This document shows, in pieces, positions 49,976 through 62,894 of a DNA stretch of 64,000 bases. The notes under the pieces were generated by a model, which searched no databases, had not been told where the DNA came from, and worked only from the letters and a program-made list of their open reading frames with translations. The stretch covers positions 190,154,001-190,218,000 of the forward strand of contig NC_090325.1 in the NCBI RefSeq assembly GCF_035084215.1. The letters are read 5' to 3'. The translations under genes were made by a program, and so were the position numbers. This DNA is from Heptranchias perlo (Eukaryota). Numbering within the stretch: the stretch's first letter is position 1; every line of letters begins with the position of its first letter.

Positions 49976-50819
49976 GCAAATAATTGGGATGTATTGAGCA
50001 TTTAAGACTAATTATTAATATTAATTCTTCTGAACAGAAGAAATTTATTCCCCATAGGACAATTTTGATTACTTAGATACCTGAAGATTGTCATACATTG
50101 TTTCCTCATCACCCCTAAAGCTGTACATTATTCACCAATCCCTTGTGTATGTTTTGTTTGCTATAAAGAAACTTTTGACACTTCATTGCATATCTTATTT
50201 CTTACAAACACTCAAAAAACTTCGCAATACGGAGAACACTCGATTTGTCCTGTTTAAGATTGTTGTTATGTGGTGATCCGTGGTCTCATTTATCAGGTCA
50301 GATTAACTCTTCCCTGGTGGCCCTCTCTATTTTCCTCGAGCCTGTGTGGATTCCAGTGAGAGATTTCCTTTTGGTTACGTCTGATTTAGGACGGCTGGTA
50401 TTCATTTGTCAATGTACAATCCCACAAGAGCATTGCAAAGATAGAATGCAGCCATTTTCTACATGACCAACACTCTCAATATTCATACTTCAGTGTTTTT
50501 ATGCAAACAATTTTTTAGCTGACAATATGCTCTTATCGCTTCCATATTCTGGTACTACACGGAGAATAAATGATGTTCGAGAGGTAAGTCTTTCAGATGA
50601 AATGTTAAACCGAGACCACTAGAAGCAACCTGTTACCAAAGAAAGTAAAGAAATGGTTAGTGAACAATTACGTGACTGGATGGTTCAACTTTCTATTAGC
50701 TGCATGAAAGTAAAGGGGAATTGTAGAGGAAACATTTATCCTCTGCAACTTTTTTTTAATGATAGAGAGCCATCAACAACTTGAATTAACCTTAGTGCCT
50801 TTAGAAGACGTTTCACAGA

Positions 50820-51430
50820 TAGCAGGACAAGTTGATCAGGCTGTTAAAAAGCATGCAGCATCTTTGACTTTGTAAATAGAGGCATATAGTACACAAGCAG
50901 GAAGGTTATGTTAAACCTTTATAAATCGCGGGTTAGGCCTCAGCTGGAGTATTGTGTCCAGTTCTGGGCACCACACTTTAGGAAGGATGTCAAAGGCCTC
51001 AAGAGGGTGCAGAGGAGATTTACTAGAACGGTATCAGGGATGAGGGACTTCAGCTACATGGAGAGACTAGAGAAGCTGGGATTGTTTTCCTTATAGCAGA
51101 AAAGTTCAAGGGGAAATTTAATAGAGGCGTTCAAAATCATGAATTAATAGAGTAAATAAGGAGAAACTGGCGTGAGGGTCGGTAACCAGAGGACACCGAT
51201 TTAAGGTAGTTGGCAAAAGAGCCAGAGGTGAGATGAGGAGAAATTTTTTTACGCAGCGAGTTATTATGATCTGGAATGCACTGCCTGAAAGGGCAGGGGA
51301 AGCAGAGAAAATTGCAGGGCTATGGGGAAAGAGCAGGGGAGTGGGACTAATTGGATAGGTCTTTCAAAGAGCCACCACAGATGGGCCAAATGGCCGCCTC
51401 CTGTGCTGTGAGTTCCTATGATTCTATAAT
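50820..51430 (+). mobile_element. CR1-like LINE 3' fragment
   Basis: ORF 50908-51096 VRPQLEYCVQFWAPHFRKDV. Confidence 0.9.
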
Positions 51431-51774
51431 TCTTGGTGAAAAGCAAATGGATGCTGAGCCACCAAACCAAGAGAGTAGAAGGGTGACTGAAAACTCAGTC
51501 AAAGAGATGGGTTTTCAGAAGGTTTTTAGAAGGTGAAGATAGAGAGATTCCAGAGAGGAGGACTCGGGTGACTCTACACTCTGCAGCTAATGGTGGGGCA
51601 AAGGGAGAGAGGAAGAAAGCAAGGCTAGACTCAGAAGAACTGAGCATTCGGAGGTGGGGGGTGGGTGGGGGAATATTGGGCCAGAAGAATTTGCAAAGGT
51701 AGGGGGCAAGGTCTTGGGAGAAATTTAAAGGTGAGGATGAGGATTTGAAATTTCATCTGTTGGGGAAAGGGAAC

Positions 51775-51965
51775 TACCTATCCTACCTCTCTTTCCTCCT
51801 TTAAGATGCTCCTTAAAACCTACCTAATTGACCAAGCGTTTGGTCACCTGTCCTAATATCTCCTTATGTAGCTCAGCGTCAAATTTTGTTTGATTACGCT
51901 CCTGTGAAGCACCTTGGGACATTTTACTACATTAAATGCACTATATAAATGTAAGTTGTTGTTGT
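51775..51965 (+). mobile_element. L2 3' tail (a degraded - strand L2 lies at 51440-51770)
   Basis: cactatataaatgtaagttgttgttg. Confidence 0.8.
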
Positions 51966-52059
51966 AATGTAAGTCATTGAGGATGGGGTGGGGGTGGGCG
52001 AGACTTTACTGATGATTTCAACAATGAGCGTACAGAAATAAAGAAAACAAAGAACAACC

Positions 52060-52562
52060 AAGAAGGATGTGAAGGCCTTGGAGAGGGTGCAGAGGAGATC
52101 TACCAGAATGGTATCAGGAATGAGGGACTTCAGGTATGTGGAGAGTCTAGAGAAGCTGTGATTGTTCTCCTTGGAGCGGAGAGGATTAAGGGGAGATTTA
52201 ATAACGGTGTTCAAAATGATGATGGGTTTTGATAGAGTAGATAGGGAGAAAATGTTTCCACTGGCAGGAGGGTCGGTAACCAAAGGACACAAATTTAAGA
52301 TGATTGGCAAAAAATCCAGGGGGAAGTGAGGAGAAATTTTTCTACTCAGCAAATGGTTATGACCCGGAATGACACTTGATAAGGTGGTGGAAGCAGATTC
52401 AATAGTATCTTTCAAAAGGGAATTGGATGTATTCTTGAAAAGGAGAAATTTGCAGAGCTACGGGGAAAGAACAAGGGGGTGGGACTAATTGGATAGCCCT
52501 TTGAAAGAGCTGGCACAGACACAATGGGCTGAATGGTCTCCTTCTGTGCTGTATGATTCTCT
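52060..52562 (+). mobile_element. CR1-like LINE 3' fragment
   Basis: gaaggatgtgaaggccttggagagggtgcagaggag...gggctgaatggtctccttctgtgctgtatgattct. Confidence 0.9.
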
Positions 52563-53399
52563 GAAATGGATAACGAATGACTAGTGAAAGGTATGGCTCT
52601 CTACCTTTCGTTGTCTCAGTGCGTCAAATTTCCCATTTTAATTGGCGAATAAAGTCTCATGATTTAGAACGAGCCAGACTGTGCAATCCTTGCAGGTTAC
52701 AGTTTGTCGGGTGTGTCATTTTATTTGAGATGCCTGCACTTCATGCATATTTGAAAGACGAATTGAAAGGTTGTTAAACCCATTGGTGTACTGTAATAAA
52801 AAGCAGTTCTATTTCACAGTGCACAGTCACATTTCTTTGCCAGTGGTCTTTTATAACTCAAAAGTGTTTGCCTCGACCAATAATGTCATTGGCAGATAAT
52901 TACTTACATCTGTCACTGGATTAAAAGCATTTGGGCTGTAAGACAGAAAGCAGCTCAGCGCAGTGTCATTTATTGAAGCCCACATCAATGCAGATGATCC
53001 GCCTCTCAAAAGGTAGCGTAATTAACACATAGCTTAGTCAGCTGTTCCTGACAGTCAGATATCAGCAAACAGTTTAACTGTAATGACTATTTGCCACATC
53101 CACAACACTTGCTTATTCATCGTTTGGACTTGCTTCAGAATGTTCTTCAATCTTTCTGTTCGTTCCTGAGGGACATGACCATTTTGGAACAATGCAAATG
53201 AAGAGTCAGTATCTTGTGCATGCTGGGTCACTGCAATAAAGAGCCACCAGATTTATTGTCCTCAATTTCACATTTCTCAGCAGACTATAAAAATCTAATG
53301 ATTGGCTTCTTGATAGGAAGGAGCCTAGCACAAGCCATGCATCCCTGTGTTGCGATGTTAACCTGCTAATGCAACCCTGTTGCATGTAGTCTCAACCAA

Positions 53400-53750
53400 A
53401 TACAAAACGTATTTTTGCGAACCAAAAAACAAATCTGAAATAATCGAAAATGGTGGAAACATTTAGCAGGTCAGGCAGCATCAAGGGAAAGAGAGAGAGA
53501 GTTAATGTTTCAGGTCGATGACCTTTCATCAGAACTGGAAGATGTCAGAGATGAACAGCTTTTAAGCAAGAGCCAGGGAAAAGGGGGACAAGAAAGGAAT
53601 AAAAGGGAGAGAGGTCTGTGATAAGGTGGCGGGCAGGAGTGATTAAATGACAAAAGTGATGATGGTGCAAGGCAAAACAAAGTGGTAATGAGACAAGTAT
53701 AGAAACAAAAGATGGGTCCAGAGGAGGAGTAAATGGTTACCGCAGAATGG
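53400..53750 (-). mobile_element. PLE 3' repeat fragment (39467 family) with hammerhead motif at 53500-53536
   Basis: Homologous to 39467-39800; minus strand AGUU-CUGAUGA-AAGGUC-AUC-GACCU-GAAA-CA-UU-AACU. Confidence 0.8.
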
Positions 53751-53808
53751 CAGAGGAGGAGGGAAGCATGGAAAATCTGTCAAAGAGAAGACTCCCATAG
53801 CTCAGGAA

Positions 53809-54021
53809 TAATGTAGAGATGCTGGTGATGGACTGGGGTGGACAAATGTGAGGAGTCTTACAACACCAGGTTATAGTCCAACAGCTTTATTTGAAATCAC
53901 AAGCTTTTGGAGCTTTCCTCCTTCGTCAGGTGAGTCACCTGACGAAGGAGGAAGCCTCCGAAAGCTTGTGATTTCAAATAAAGCTGTTGGACTATAACCT
54001 GGTGTTATAAGACTCCTTACA
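53809..54021. mobile_element. Palindromic non-coding Penelope-like insertion with hammerhead motifs (copy 3)
   Basis: Inverted arms 53847-53933 / 53935-54021, 38-nt tail 53809-53846, 12-bp TSD atagctcaggaa / atggctcaggaa. Confidence 0.85.
53936..53970 (+). ncRNA. Minimal type I hammerhead ribozyme motif (intact core)
   Basis: CAC-CUGACGA-A-GGAGG-AAG-CCUCC-GAAA-GC-UU-GUG, followed by AATAAA. Confidence 0.75.
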
Positions 54022-54376
54022 ATGGCTCAGGAATGTGGTGGAAGAAATTAACCAACCTTCTCCTTTCATTATTATTCACACTAAATTTGGATGAAGAAAC
54101 AAAACCACCCATTAAAATATGTTGTACTCACTGCCATCACATTGAGTGCAGTTGCTTCAGTCAATTTGCAGAGACCTAACTTTCACTAAGCTATTAGATA
54201 TAGGTGTGGAGCACTAAAATTATATCAAATTGTTGAGTAGAAACACTCTTCAAGATTCAGATGGATGACACGCAGGCGCACAGTCTCGTTTGTGCTGTGA
54301 AATTCTTCAGCATCTTTGAAAAGCTGCTGAAAGCTGCTGAGAGTAGAAATGCCACTCTAGACGTTTTAATACCCTT

Positions 54377-56168
54377 CATAGAATCATAGAATGGTTACAG
54401 CACCGAAGGAGGCTATTCGGCCTGTACTGGCTCTCTGCAAGATCCAGCTGGTCCCATTCCCCTGCCCTTTCCCTGTAGCCCTGCAATTTTTTTTCCTTCA
54501 AGTACTTATCCAATTCCCTTTTGAAAGCCACGATTGAATCCGCCTCCACCATCTTTTCAGGCAGTGCATTCCAGATCATAACCACTCGCTGTGTATAAAA
54601 AGTTTATCCTCATGTCGACTTTGGCTCTTTTGCCAATCACCTTAAATCTGTGTCCTCTGGTTCTCGACCCTTCTGCCAATGGGAACAGTTTCTCTCTATC
54701 TACTCTGTCTAGACCCCTCATGATTTTGAATCCGTCTATCAAATCTCCTCTCAACCTTCTCTGCTCTAAGGAGAACAACCCCAGCTTCTCCAGTCTATCC
54801 ACGCAACTGAAGTCCCTCATCCCTGGAACCATTCTAGTAAATCTTTGCTGCACCCCCTCTAAGGCCCAGAACTGGACACAATACTCCAGTTGTGGCCGGA
54901 CCAGTGTTTTATAAAGGTTCACCATAACTTCCGTGCTTTTGTACTCTGTGCCTCTATTTATAAAGCCCAGGATCCCGTATGCTTTTTTTAACCGCTTTCT
55001 CAACCTGCCCTGCCACCTTCAGCGATTTGTGCACATATTCCCCCAGATCTCTCTGTCCCTGCACCCCTTTTAGGATTGTACCCTTTGGTTTATATTGCCT
55101 CTCCTCATTGTTCCCACTAAAATGTATCACTTCGCACTTCTGTGCGTTAAATTTCATCTGCCACGTGTCTGCCCATTCCACCGGCCGGTCTATGTCCTCT
55201 TGAAGTCTATCCCTATCCTCCTCACGATTCACTACACTTTATGTCATCTGCAAATGTTGAAATTGTGCCCTGTACACCCAAGTCCAAGTCATTGATACAT
55301 ATCAAGAAATGCAGTGCTCCTAGTACCGACCCCTGGGGAACACCACTGTTTAACTGCCTCTAGTCCTAAAAACAACCATTCACCACTACACTCTGTTTCC
55401 TGTCATTTAGCCAATTTCGAGTCCATGTTGCCACTGCCCCTTTTATTCCTTGGGCTTCAACTTTTGTGACAAGCCTATTATGTGGCACTTTATCAAACGC
55501 CTTTTGGAAGTCATTTACACCACATCAACCGGATTGCCCTCATCAACGATCTCTTTTACTTCATCAAAGAACTCAATCAAGTTAGTTAAACACAATTTGC
55601 CTTTAACAAACCCGTGCTGTCTTTCCTTAATTAATCCACACTTGCCCAAGTGACTGTTAATTTTGTCCCGATTATCGTTTCTAAAAGTTTCCCCACCACC
55701 GAGGTTAAACTGACTGGCCTGTAGTTGCTGGGTTTATCCTTATACTCTTTTTTGAACAAGGGTGTAACATTTGCAATTCTCCAATCCTCTGGCACCAGCC
55801 CCGTATCTATGGATGATTGGAAGATTATGGCCAGCACCTCCGCAATTTCCACCCTTACTTCCCTCAGCAACCTAGGATGCATCCCATCCGGACCTGGTGA
55901 CTTATCCACTTTAAGTACAGCCAGTCTTTCTAGTACCTCCTCTTATCAATTTTTAGCCCATCCAGTATCTCAACTACCTCCTCTTTTACTATGACTTTGG
56001 CAGCATCTTCTTCCTTGGTAAAGACAGATGCAAAGTTCTCATTTAGTACCTCAGCGATGCCCTCTGCCTCCATGCGTAGGCCTCCTTTTTGGTCCCTAAT
56101 TGGCTCACCCCTCCTCTTTCTATTTATATGCCTATAGAAGACTTTTGAATTCACTTTTATGTTAGTTG
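54377..56168 (-). mobile_element. CR1-like LINE, 1.8-kb RT-containing fragment (frameshifted)
   Basis: ORFs with KSPGPDGMHPRLLRE, ANVTPLFKK..PSNYRPVSLTSVVGK, WADTWQMKFN and LVRPQLEYCVQFW. Confidence 0.95.
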
Positions 56169-56757
56169 CAGGAGTTATGTTGGTTTAAAGCAGAAATCTG
56201 TGAATTCACTCAGTTCCAATCCGCCCGGTCAAAAAAAAGAGGAGGGCACGATATCAACTTACCTAAAGATTTGCTATCGTATCATTGAGAATTTTGGGGG
56301 GAAATACTTCCTAGCAAATTCTACAATAGCCTGTTCCCAACATTTTGTGCTGCTACATTGGTCGTGGGGAAATGCAGCCTGCAGCAGATGGTAACTTTGC
56401 ATCGGGGTCTTTGCCGATTTCGAATCATTCTAATATTTTTGTGTGCCAGACATAATCAGTCACGCAATGACGTCAGTGCATTACTGGTCACCTCATTGCT
56501 TGTCCTCTATCTGCTAACTGGTAAGTTGTCTAGTGATGTAATTCATCAGTCAGCAACAACTGTTTATAGTGCCGCACCTGTATATATATCATCCCTTCGA
56601 TCCTATTGCATAGGTGATTTTATTATAAGCACAGCACTGAACATAATGCTCAGCCAATTGTGTAAGATGCTGAGAGGTTTGTTGTCTAGAGATTGAGAAT
56701 GACTTGTTGGGGAAGGAAAAAGGTTAAAGATGCTGTTGATTGACATCCAACACAAAC

Positions 56758-58193
56758 TTTTTTTTTTATTCGTTCATGGGATGTGGGCGTCGCTGGCGAG
56801 GCTGGCATTTATTGCCCATCCCTATTTGCCCTTGAGAAGGTGGTGGTGAGCCGTCTTCTTGAACCGCTGCAGTCCGTGTGGTGAAGGTTCTCCCACAGTG
56901 CTGTTAGGAAAGGAGTTCCAGGATTTTGACCCAGCGACGATGAACGGCGATATATTTCCAAGTCGGGATGGTGTGTGACTTGGAGGGAAACGTGCAGGTG
57001 GTGTTGTTCCCATGTACCTGCTGCTCTTGTCCTTCTAGGTGGTAGAGGTCACGGGTTTGGGAGGTGCTGTCGAAGAAGCCTTGGCGAGTTGCTGCAATGC
57101 ATCCTGTGGATGGTACACACTGCAGCCACTGTGCGCAGGTGGTGAAGGGAGTGAATGTTTAGGATGGTGGATGGGGTGCCAATCAAGCGGGCTGCTTTGT
57201 CCTGGATGGTATCGAGCTTCTTGAGTGTTGTTGGAGCTGCACTCATCCAGGCAAGTGGAGAGTATTTCATCACACTCCTGACTTGTGCCTTTGTAGATGG
57301 TGGAAAGGCTTTGGAGAGTCAGGAGGTGAGTCACTCGCCGCAGAAGACCCAACCTCTGACCTGCTCTTGTAGCCACAGTATTTATATGACTGGTCCAGTT
57401 AAGTTTCTGGTCAATGGTGACCCCCAGGATGTTGATGGTGGGGGATTCGGCGATGGTAATGCCGTTGAATGTCAAGGGGAGGTGGTTAGACTCTCTCTTG
57501 TTGGAGATGGTCATTGCCTGGCATTTGTCTGGAGCGAATGTTACTTGCCACTTATGAGCCCAAGCCTGGATGTTGTCCACGTCTTGCTGCATGCGGGCTC
57601 GAACTGCTTCATTATTTGAGGGGTTGCGAATGGAACTGAAAACTGTGCAATCATCAGCGAACATCCCCATTTCTGACCTTATGATGGAGTGAAGGTCATT
57701 GATGAAGCAGCTGAAGATGGTTGGGCCAAGGACACTGTCCTGAGGAACTCCTGCAGCAATGCCCTGGGGCTGAGATGATTGGCCTCCAACAACCACTACC
57801 ATCTTCCTTTGTGCTAGGTATGACTCCAGCCACTGGAGAGTTTTCCCCCTGATTCCCATTGACTTCAATTTTATTAGGGCTCCTTGATGCCACATTCGGT
57901 CAAATGCTGCCTTGATGTCAAGGGCAGTCACTCTCACCTCACCTCTGGAATTCAGCTCTTTTGTCCATGTTTGGACCAAGGCTGTAATGAGGTCTGGAGC
58001 CGAGTGGTCCTGGTGGAACCCAAACTGAGCATCGGTAAGCAGGTTATTGGTGAGTGAGTGCCACTTGATAGTGCTGTCGACGACACCTTCCATCACTTTG
58101 CTGATGATTGAGAGTAGACTGATGGAGCGGTAATTGGCCGGATTGAATTTGTCCTGCTTTTTGTGGACAGGACATACCTGGGCAATTTTCCAC
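56758..58193 (-). mobile_element. Young 5'-truncated non-LTR retrotransposon (CR1/L2 group) with RT and poly(A)
   Basis: 394-aa ORF with PANYRSISLL, QFGF, LDIKAAFD, GVPQDSVLGP and FADD RT motifs; one frameshift near 57290; poly(A) tail (T-run 56758-56767). Confidence 0.95.
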
Positions 58194-58834
58194 ATTGCCC
58201 AGGTATGTCCTGTCCACAAAACGTGGCGACTAACGGATTTATAGAATAATAAGTGGTTAAAAGGCTGGAAGTAGAACCAAAAGTATTTGGGGTTTCAATC
58301 CGTCGTTGTAATGTATAATATTGCTGCGGTTCGGGACTCTTTGGCCATTTTTTCATGGAAAGGACTTGGACGTGCATTATGTTCAGAATTTTTTTACATA
58401 GCAAAATCTTGCCTGAAAGTAATTCACTTCCCAAGAGTTGTGGACTGGTGGGCAGATGAATGATAATTGCAATGGGAGATAGGAAATTCACTCAGAGATC
58501 CAAACAATGGACAATGGTTCGCCATGTCTGGTTAGTCAGAGAGACACTTTGAACTTCAGTGTTGAAAAGCTTTTGTGATCTCTGTGGGAGGGGACTGTGT
58601 GAGAGGCTTTGAACAATCACAACATGAACATCAAATCAGTGGAACAGCAGAAGGCTGTGAAGGGTAGAGAGAGATTGTGGTTTCAAACTGAGTCACATGA
58701 CCCATTAGAGTGGGCTAAAGTGCAAAGTGTTTTTTGTTTCCCTGACAGAGGTTATACTGATTGCATCAAATGGCTCTCATCAGTCTCATTGTTCTATGTG
58801 CTTTACCTACTGTGGAACACAGCAACTTATCACA

Positions 58835-59385
58835 GAAACATAGGAACAGAAGGAGGCCATTCGGCCTCTCGAGTCTGTTCTGCCATTCAGTTAGATCATG
58901 GCTGATCTGTATCTTAACTCCATCTACCCGCCTTGGTTCCGTAACCTTTAATACCCTTGCCTAACAAAAACTTATCAATCTCAGTTTTGTCATTTACAAT
59001 TGACGTAGCCTCAACAGCTTTTTGGGGGGGAGAGTTCCAGATTTTCACTACCCCAGTTCTTCACACAACAACTATTTGCATTTATATGACATCTTTAACT
59101 TAGAAAAACATCTCAAGGCACTTCACAGAGGTGTAATCAGAAGCTACATGGACACTGAGCCAAAGAGGAGGTAATTGGAGGGATGAGCAAATTGTTGGTC
59201 AAAAAGATGGGTTTTAAGGAGGTTCTGATAGGAGAGAGGGAAGTTGAGAGGTTGAGGAGTTTAAAGAGGGAGTTCTAGAGCATGGGGCTTAAGCAGCTGA
59301 AGGCACGGCCGCCATTGGTGGGGCGAAGGGAATGGGTACAGAAGAGGCCAGAGTTCGAGGGAGAGGTTATAGGGCTGGAGGAACT
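58835..59385 (-). mobile_element. CR1 tail (58835-59055) followed by L2 tail (59068-59385)
   Basis: aacataggaacagaaggaggcc; acaactatttgcatttatatg. Confidence 0.8.
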
Positions 59386-59507
59386 AATAATAATAAAGCC
59401 CTACAGATATAAAAAAAACTTGAAGGCACATGTTGAGATGCTGTGGAATACAGTCGATGTCCCACAAATGGCTTGACCTGGTAAACTTGTGCAAGGCTGT
59501 TAGTGCC

Positions 59508-59685
59508 AGAAAAGAAAGAAAGAACTTGCATTTATATCGCGCCTTGCATCACCTCGGGACGTCCCAAAGTGCTTTGCAGCCAATGAGGTACTTTTGAAAT
59601 GTAGTCACTGTTGTAATATAAGGCACGCAGCAGCCAATTTGCGAACAGCAAGATCCCACAAACAGCAATGAGATCAACGACCAGA
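59508..59685 (-). mobile_element. DeuSINE 3' half
   Basis: aagaacttgcatttatatcgcgcc...gcagccaatttgcgaacagcaag. Confidence 0.85.
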
Positions 59686-60139
59686 AATGCAGAATGCAGA
59701 TCATATTCCATGGATCATTTTCATGTATTCTGCTTGTAGCACTCATTGATTAATTAAAACTAAAATGATAAACATTTGATATTGTCGTATTGTAATACTA
59801 CAGGTTGGAGACCAGTGCCTGATTAATGCAGTGGAGCCAACAGTGCTGAGTCGTAGTGCAAGATCTGCATTATTCACGCAAGTGCAGAGCTCCACTCGCC
59901 AGCATTCAAACACTGCTTGAATATCTCATATCATGAAGCGTTTTTGACTAAAACTAAACCAGTTAAAGAGCAAGACACTTTGTGGGAATTGAAAAGATAA
60001 AAAAGATGGGACTTCATGGGAACTTTTAAATTTCAGATATGAACCATACTGATGTGCAGCTGACAGAGTGACCCTGCTAATGTTAATGTAAATGTTTTCT
60101 TCATCACAGTGCTGCCTGTTTTAATTATTCCATCATCTT

Positions 60140-60609
60140 AATCGCCAAGTCTGGTTCATCCATTACCCCTGTGCTCACTGACCTACATTGGCTCCCAGTC
60201 CAGGAACGCCTCGATTTTAAAATTCTTAACCTTGTTTTCAAGTTCTTCCATGGCCTCGCCTTTCCCTTTCTCTGTAACCTCCTCCAGCCCTACAACCCTC
60301 TGAGATATCTGAGCTCCTCCAATTCTGGCCTCTTGCACAGCCCCGATTTTCGTTGCTCCCCCATTGGCGGCCGTGCCTTCAGCCGCCTAGGCCCTCAGCT
60401 CTGGAATTCCCTCCCTAAACTTCTCCACCTCTCCTCCTCTCGCTCCTCCTTTAAGATGTTCCTTTAAACCTACCTCTTTGACCAAGCTCTTCGTCACCTG
60501 TCCTAATGTCTCGATGGCTCGGTGTAAAATTTTGTTTGATAACGCTCCTGTGAAGCGCCTTGGGATGTTTTACTACGTTAAAGGCACTATATAAATGCAA
60601 GTTGTTGTT
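60140..60609 (+). mobile_element. L2 LINE 3' region
   Basis: ORF 60171-60467 LTDLHWLPVQERLDFKIL. Confidence 0.92.
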
Positions 60610-61205
60610 AATGAAGCACGAGAAACACCTCATGAAGATGACCTTATCACATGACTGTAATCACGCAGTTATAGTAGAAAAAAAATGCAGGTTACAGATT
60701 TATTCCTTAGTAAATCTGTTCTTTAATTGACATGCAAATGACTTTGAATTGCTGTCATAACAGCGTAAAATCATTAATAAATGGTTACCCGAGCCATCAC
60801 ATGAATTGAAATCATTACTTGCAGCTTGTACCCAACAAAATAAATGCCACAAAAGGTTAGAGGAAAAATGAACAAACCAATCCACAGTTCACATGGGTTC
60901 TGAGGGCAATTTGTTAAGCTGTTTTTCCAGTACATTTACAATTCCAAGGTATGTCCTGTACAGCAGTGATAATTACATTACCATGCGCTGAAAGGTCTCA
61001 GGATTTATTAATAATGCAGTTTAAATATCTTGACGTAAAAACACATAATGACACTTTGTCCTGCTTCAGGACTGATTTGCTACAGGAAGCATTGATTCCT
61101 TTGTAGCTATTTCTCCCCTCCTAAAAATAGCTTTGTATTGCACTCGCTGAGTAAAAATAACTCAGTGCATCATAAATCAGCAGCCCAGCTGCCCGTAGAC
61201 GTTCC

Positions 61206-61394
61206 GGAGTCAATTTTGACCTAACCCGCCTATCGGGAAAGCGATGGGATCGGCCGCAATGCTGGTCTTACACCCCGCCCGATTTTAATCTCCATTGAAG
61301 TCACTGGAGAGTAATATTGGACGGGGTGTGAAACCGGCATTCCACCCATTCCTGTGGGTTTCCCGCCCAGCTAATTTGGTTAAAATTGCCCCCT
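61206..61394. mobile_element. Palindromic MITE (~190 bp)
   Basis: caatttt / aaaattg termini; acaccccg / cggggtgt and ctcca / tggag inverted internal segments. Confidence 0.7.
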
Positions 61395-62129
61395 CAGTCT
61401 TTGCTACTATTTGACAGAGTTGGAATGTTCTTGAGCTTAGGGTCTGTAAGTTAGTTAATTAAAAGAGGAACAGATGAAAAAAGATCGCCAGTCTGAAGTC
61501 GTAATTGCAAAACCATCCAGTGCAGGAGTTCATCTTGAAATGTGGCCTAGTGGAGATTTTTTTTTACTGATCTCATCTCTCACCAAGCCTTTCTCTGCTG
61601 GACTGTGAAATTGGAATTAATTGTTTCTGCCCATGCATAACATCAGATGGATATTAAAGGGCTCTTATTGTCTCATGGGCAGATTTTTTGGGGGAAAGCC
61701 AATCTCTGCAACAACCTGTTTAAAAAATTCAGTTATCATGCAATCGTGTTGGATCCACTGGGCCGTGAGCTTTTACAATGAAGTCTTTTAATTTGATTTT
61801 ATTAAACCCAAGGTTAAATACCAAATGCATCGAGAAAGCCACTCAAAAATATCAATGTACCCATGGACAGATCATCAAGGTTTAGTGATAGTGCCAGAGT
61901 TGATCATCGGCTGACCTTACTGAGAGATCAGTGGCATTGTATCACATGGGTCGTTGGTTATATCATTCTGACCTCCCTTGTACTCACCTGGTAGGAAGAC
62001 GATGTCCCTTTAACGTAATTGAAGGTTCACAGTAGTCATTTTCTTTTTAATGTTTCTAATATTGTAATCATCTGTTTGTGTTTTATTTGCCTCTTTAAAT
62101 CTCCAACTATGTTAGCATCGAGTTGGCTA

Positions 62130-62485
62130 CATAGTTACATAGAGTCGACAGCACAGAAACAGGCCGTTCGGCCCAATTGGTCCATGCCAGCATTTATGCT
62201 CCACCCGAGCCTCCTCCCACCCCTCATCATGTAAACCTATAAACATATCCTTCTATTCCTTTTTCCCTTATGTGCTTATCTAGCTTCCCCTTAAATGCAT
62301 CTATGCTATTTGCCTGAACTACTCTTTGTGGTAATGAGTTCCACATTCTTACCACTCTTTGGGTAAAGAAGTTTCTCCTGACTTGCCTATTGGAATTATT
62401 AATGACTATTTTATATTTATAGCACCTAGTTTTGGTCTCCCCCACAAGTGGAAACATCTTCTCTACGTTTACCCTAACAAACCTC
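62130..62485 (-). mobile_element. CR1-like LINE 3' fragment
   Basis: ORF 62227-62457 RRNFFTQRVVRMWNSLP. Confidence 0.88.
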
Positions 62486-62894
62486 AGCCTTCCCCAGCCT
62501 GTTTAACTGTTACATTTGGACACAGTAACTGATGACAATTGCATTGCATCTCAGAGAAAAGGCTCCGGTAATAACACTTTATTTTTGAAGCCCTCATTAC
62601 CTAATGGAAGGCGTGACTTTTTGAAGTGATGCTGCTCTTAAGAGTTTCTGTTTGAGTTTCGGGTGGTAATTTTGATTTGTAAGTAATTTATCTTGTTAAG
62701 TGATTTATCTTACTTTTCTTCTCATAAGTAGAAAATGCTGCCTATGCATTGGGATACTTATTCAAAGGAACATTGCAGGATATGACATTCAACCTTGAAT
62801 ATTTATTTGTTATTTTTTTCACATTTTAGAAAATACTCCCTGCAAATTGGCTGGTCTCCTAATTGGAACTGCAACCTTTGCAATGTTTCCAAGA

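Noticed and set aside
57035-58219. 394-aa reverse transcriptase ORF as a domesticated gene or retron/DGR-like system
   Set aside because: Ordinary non-LTR RT: 5'-truncated, frameshifted and poly(A)-tailed. The start codon comes from the fold-back junction.
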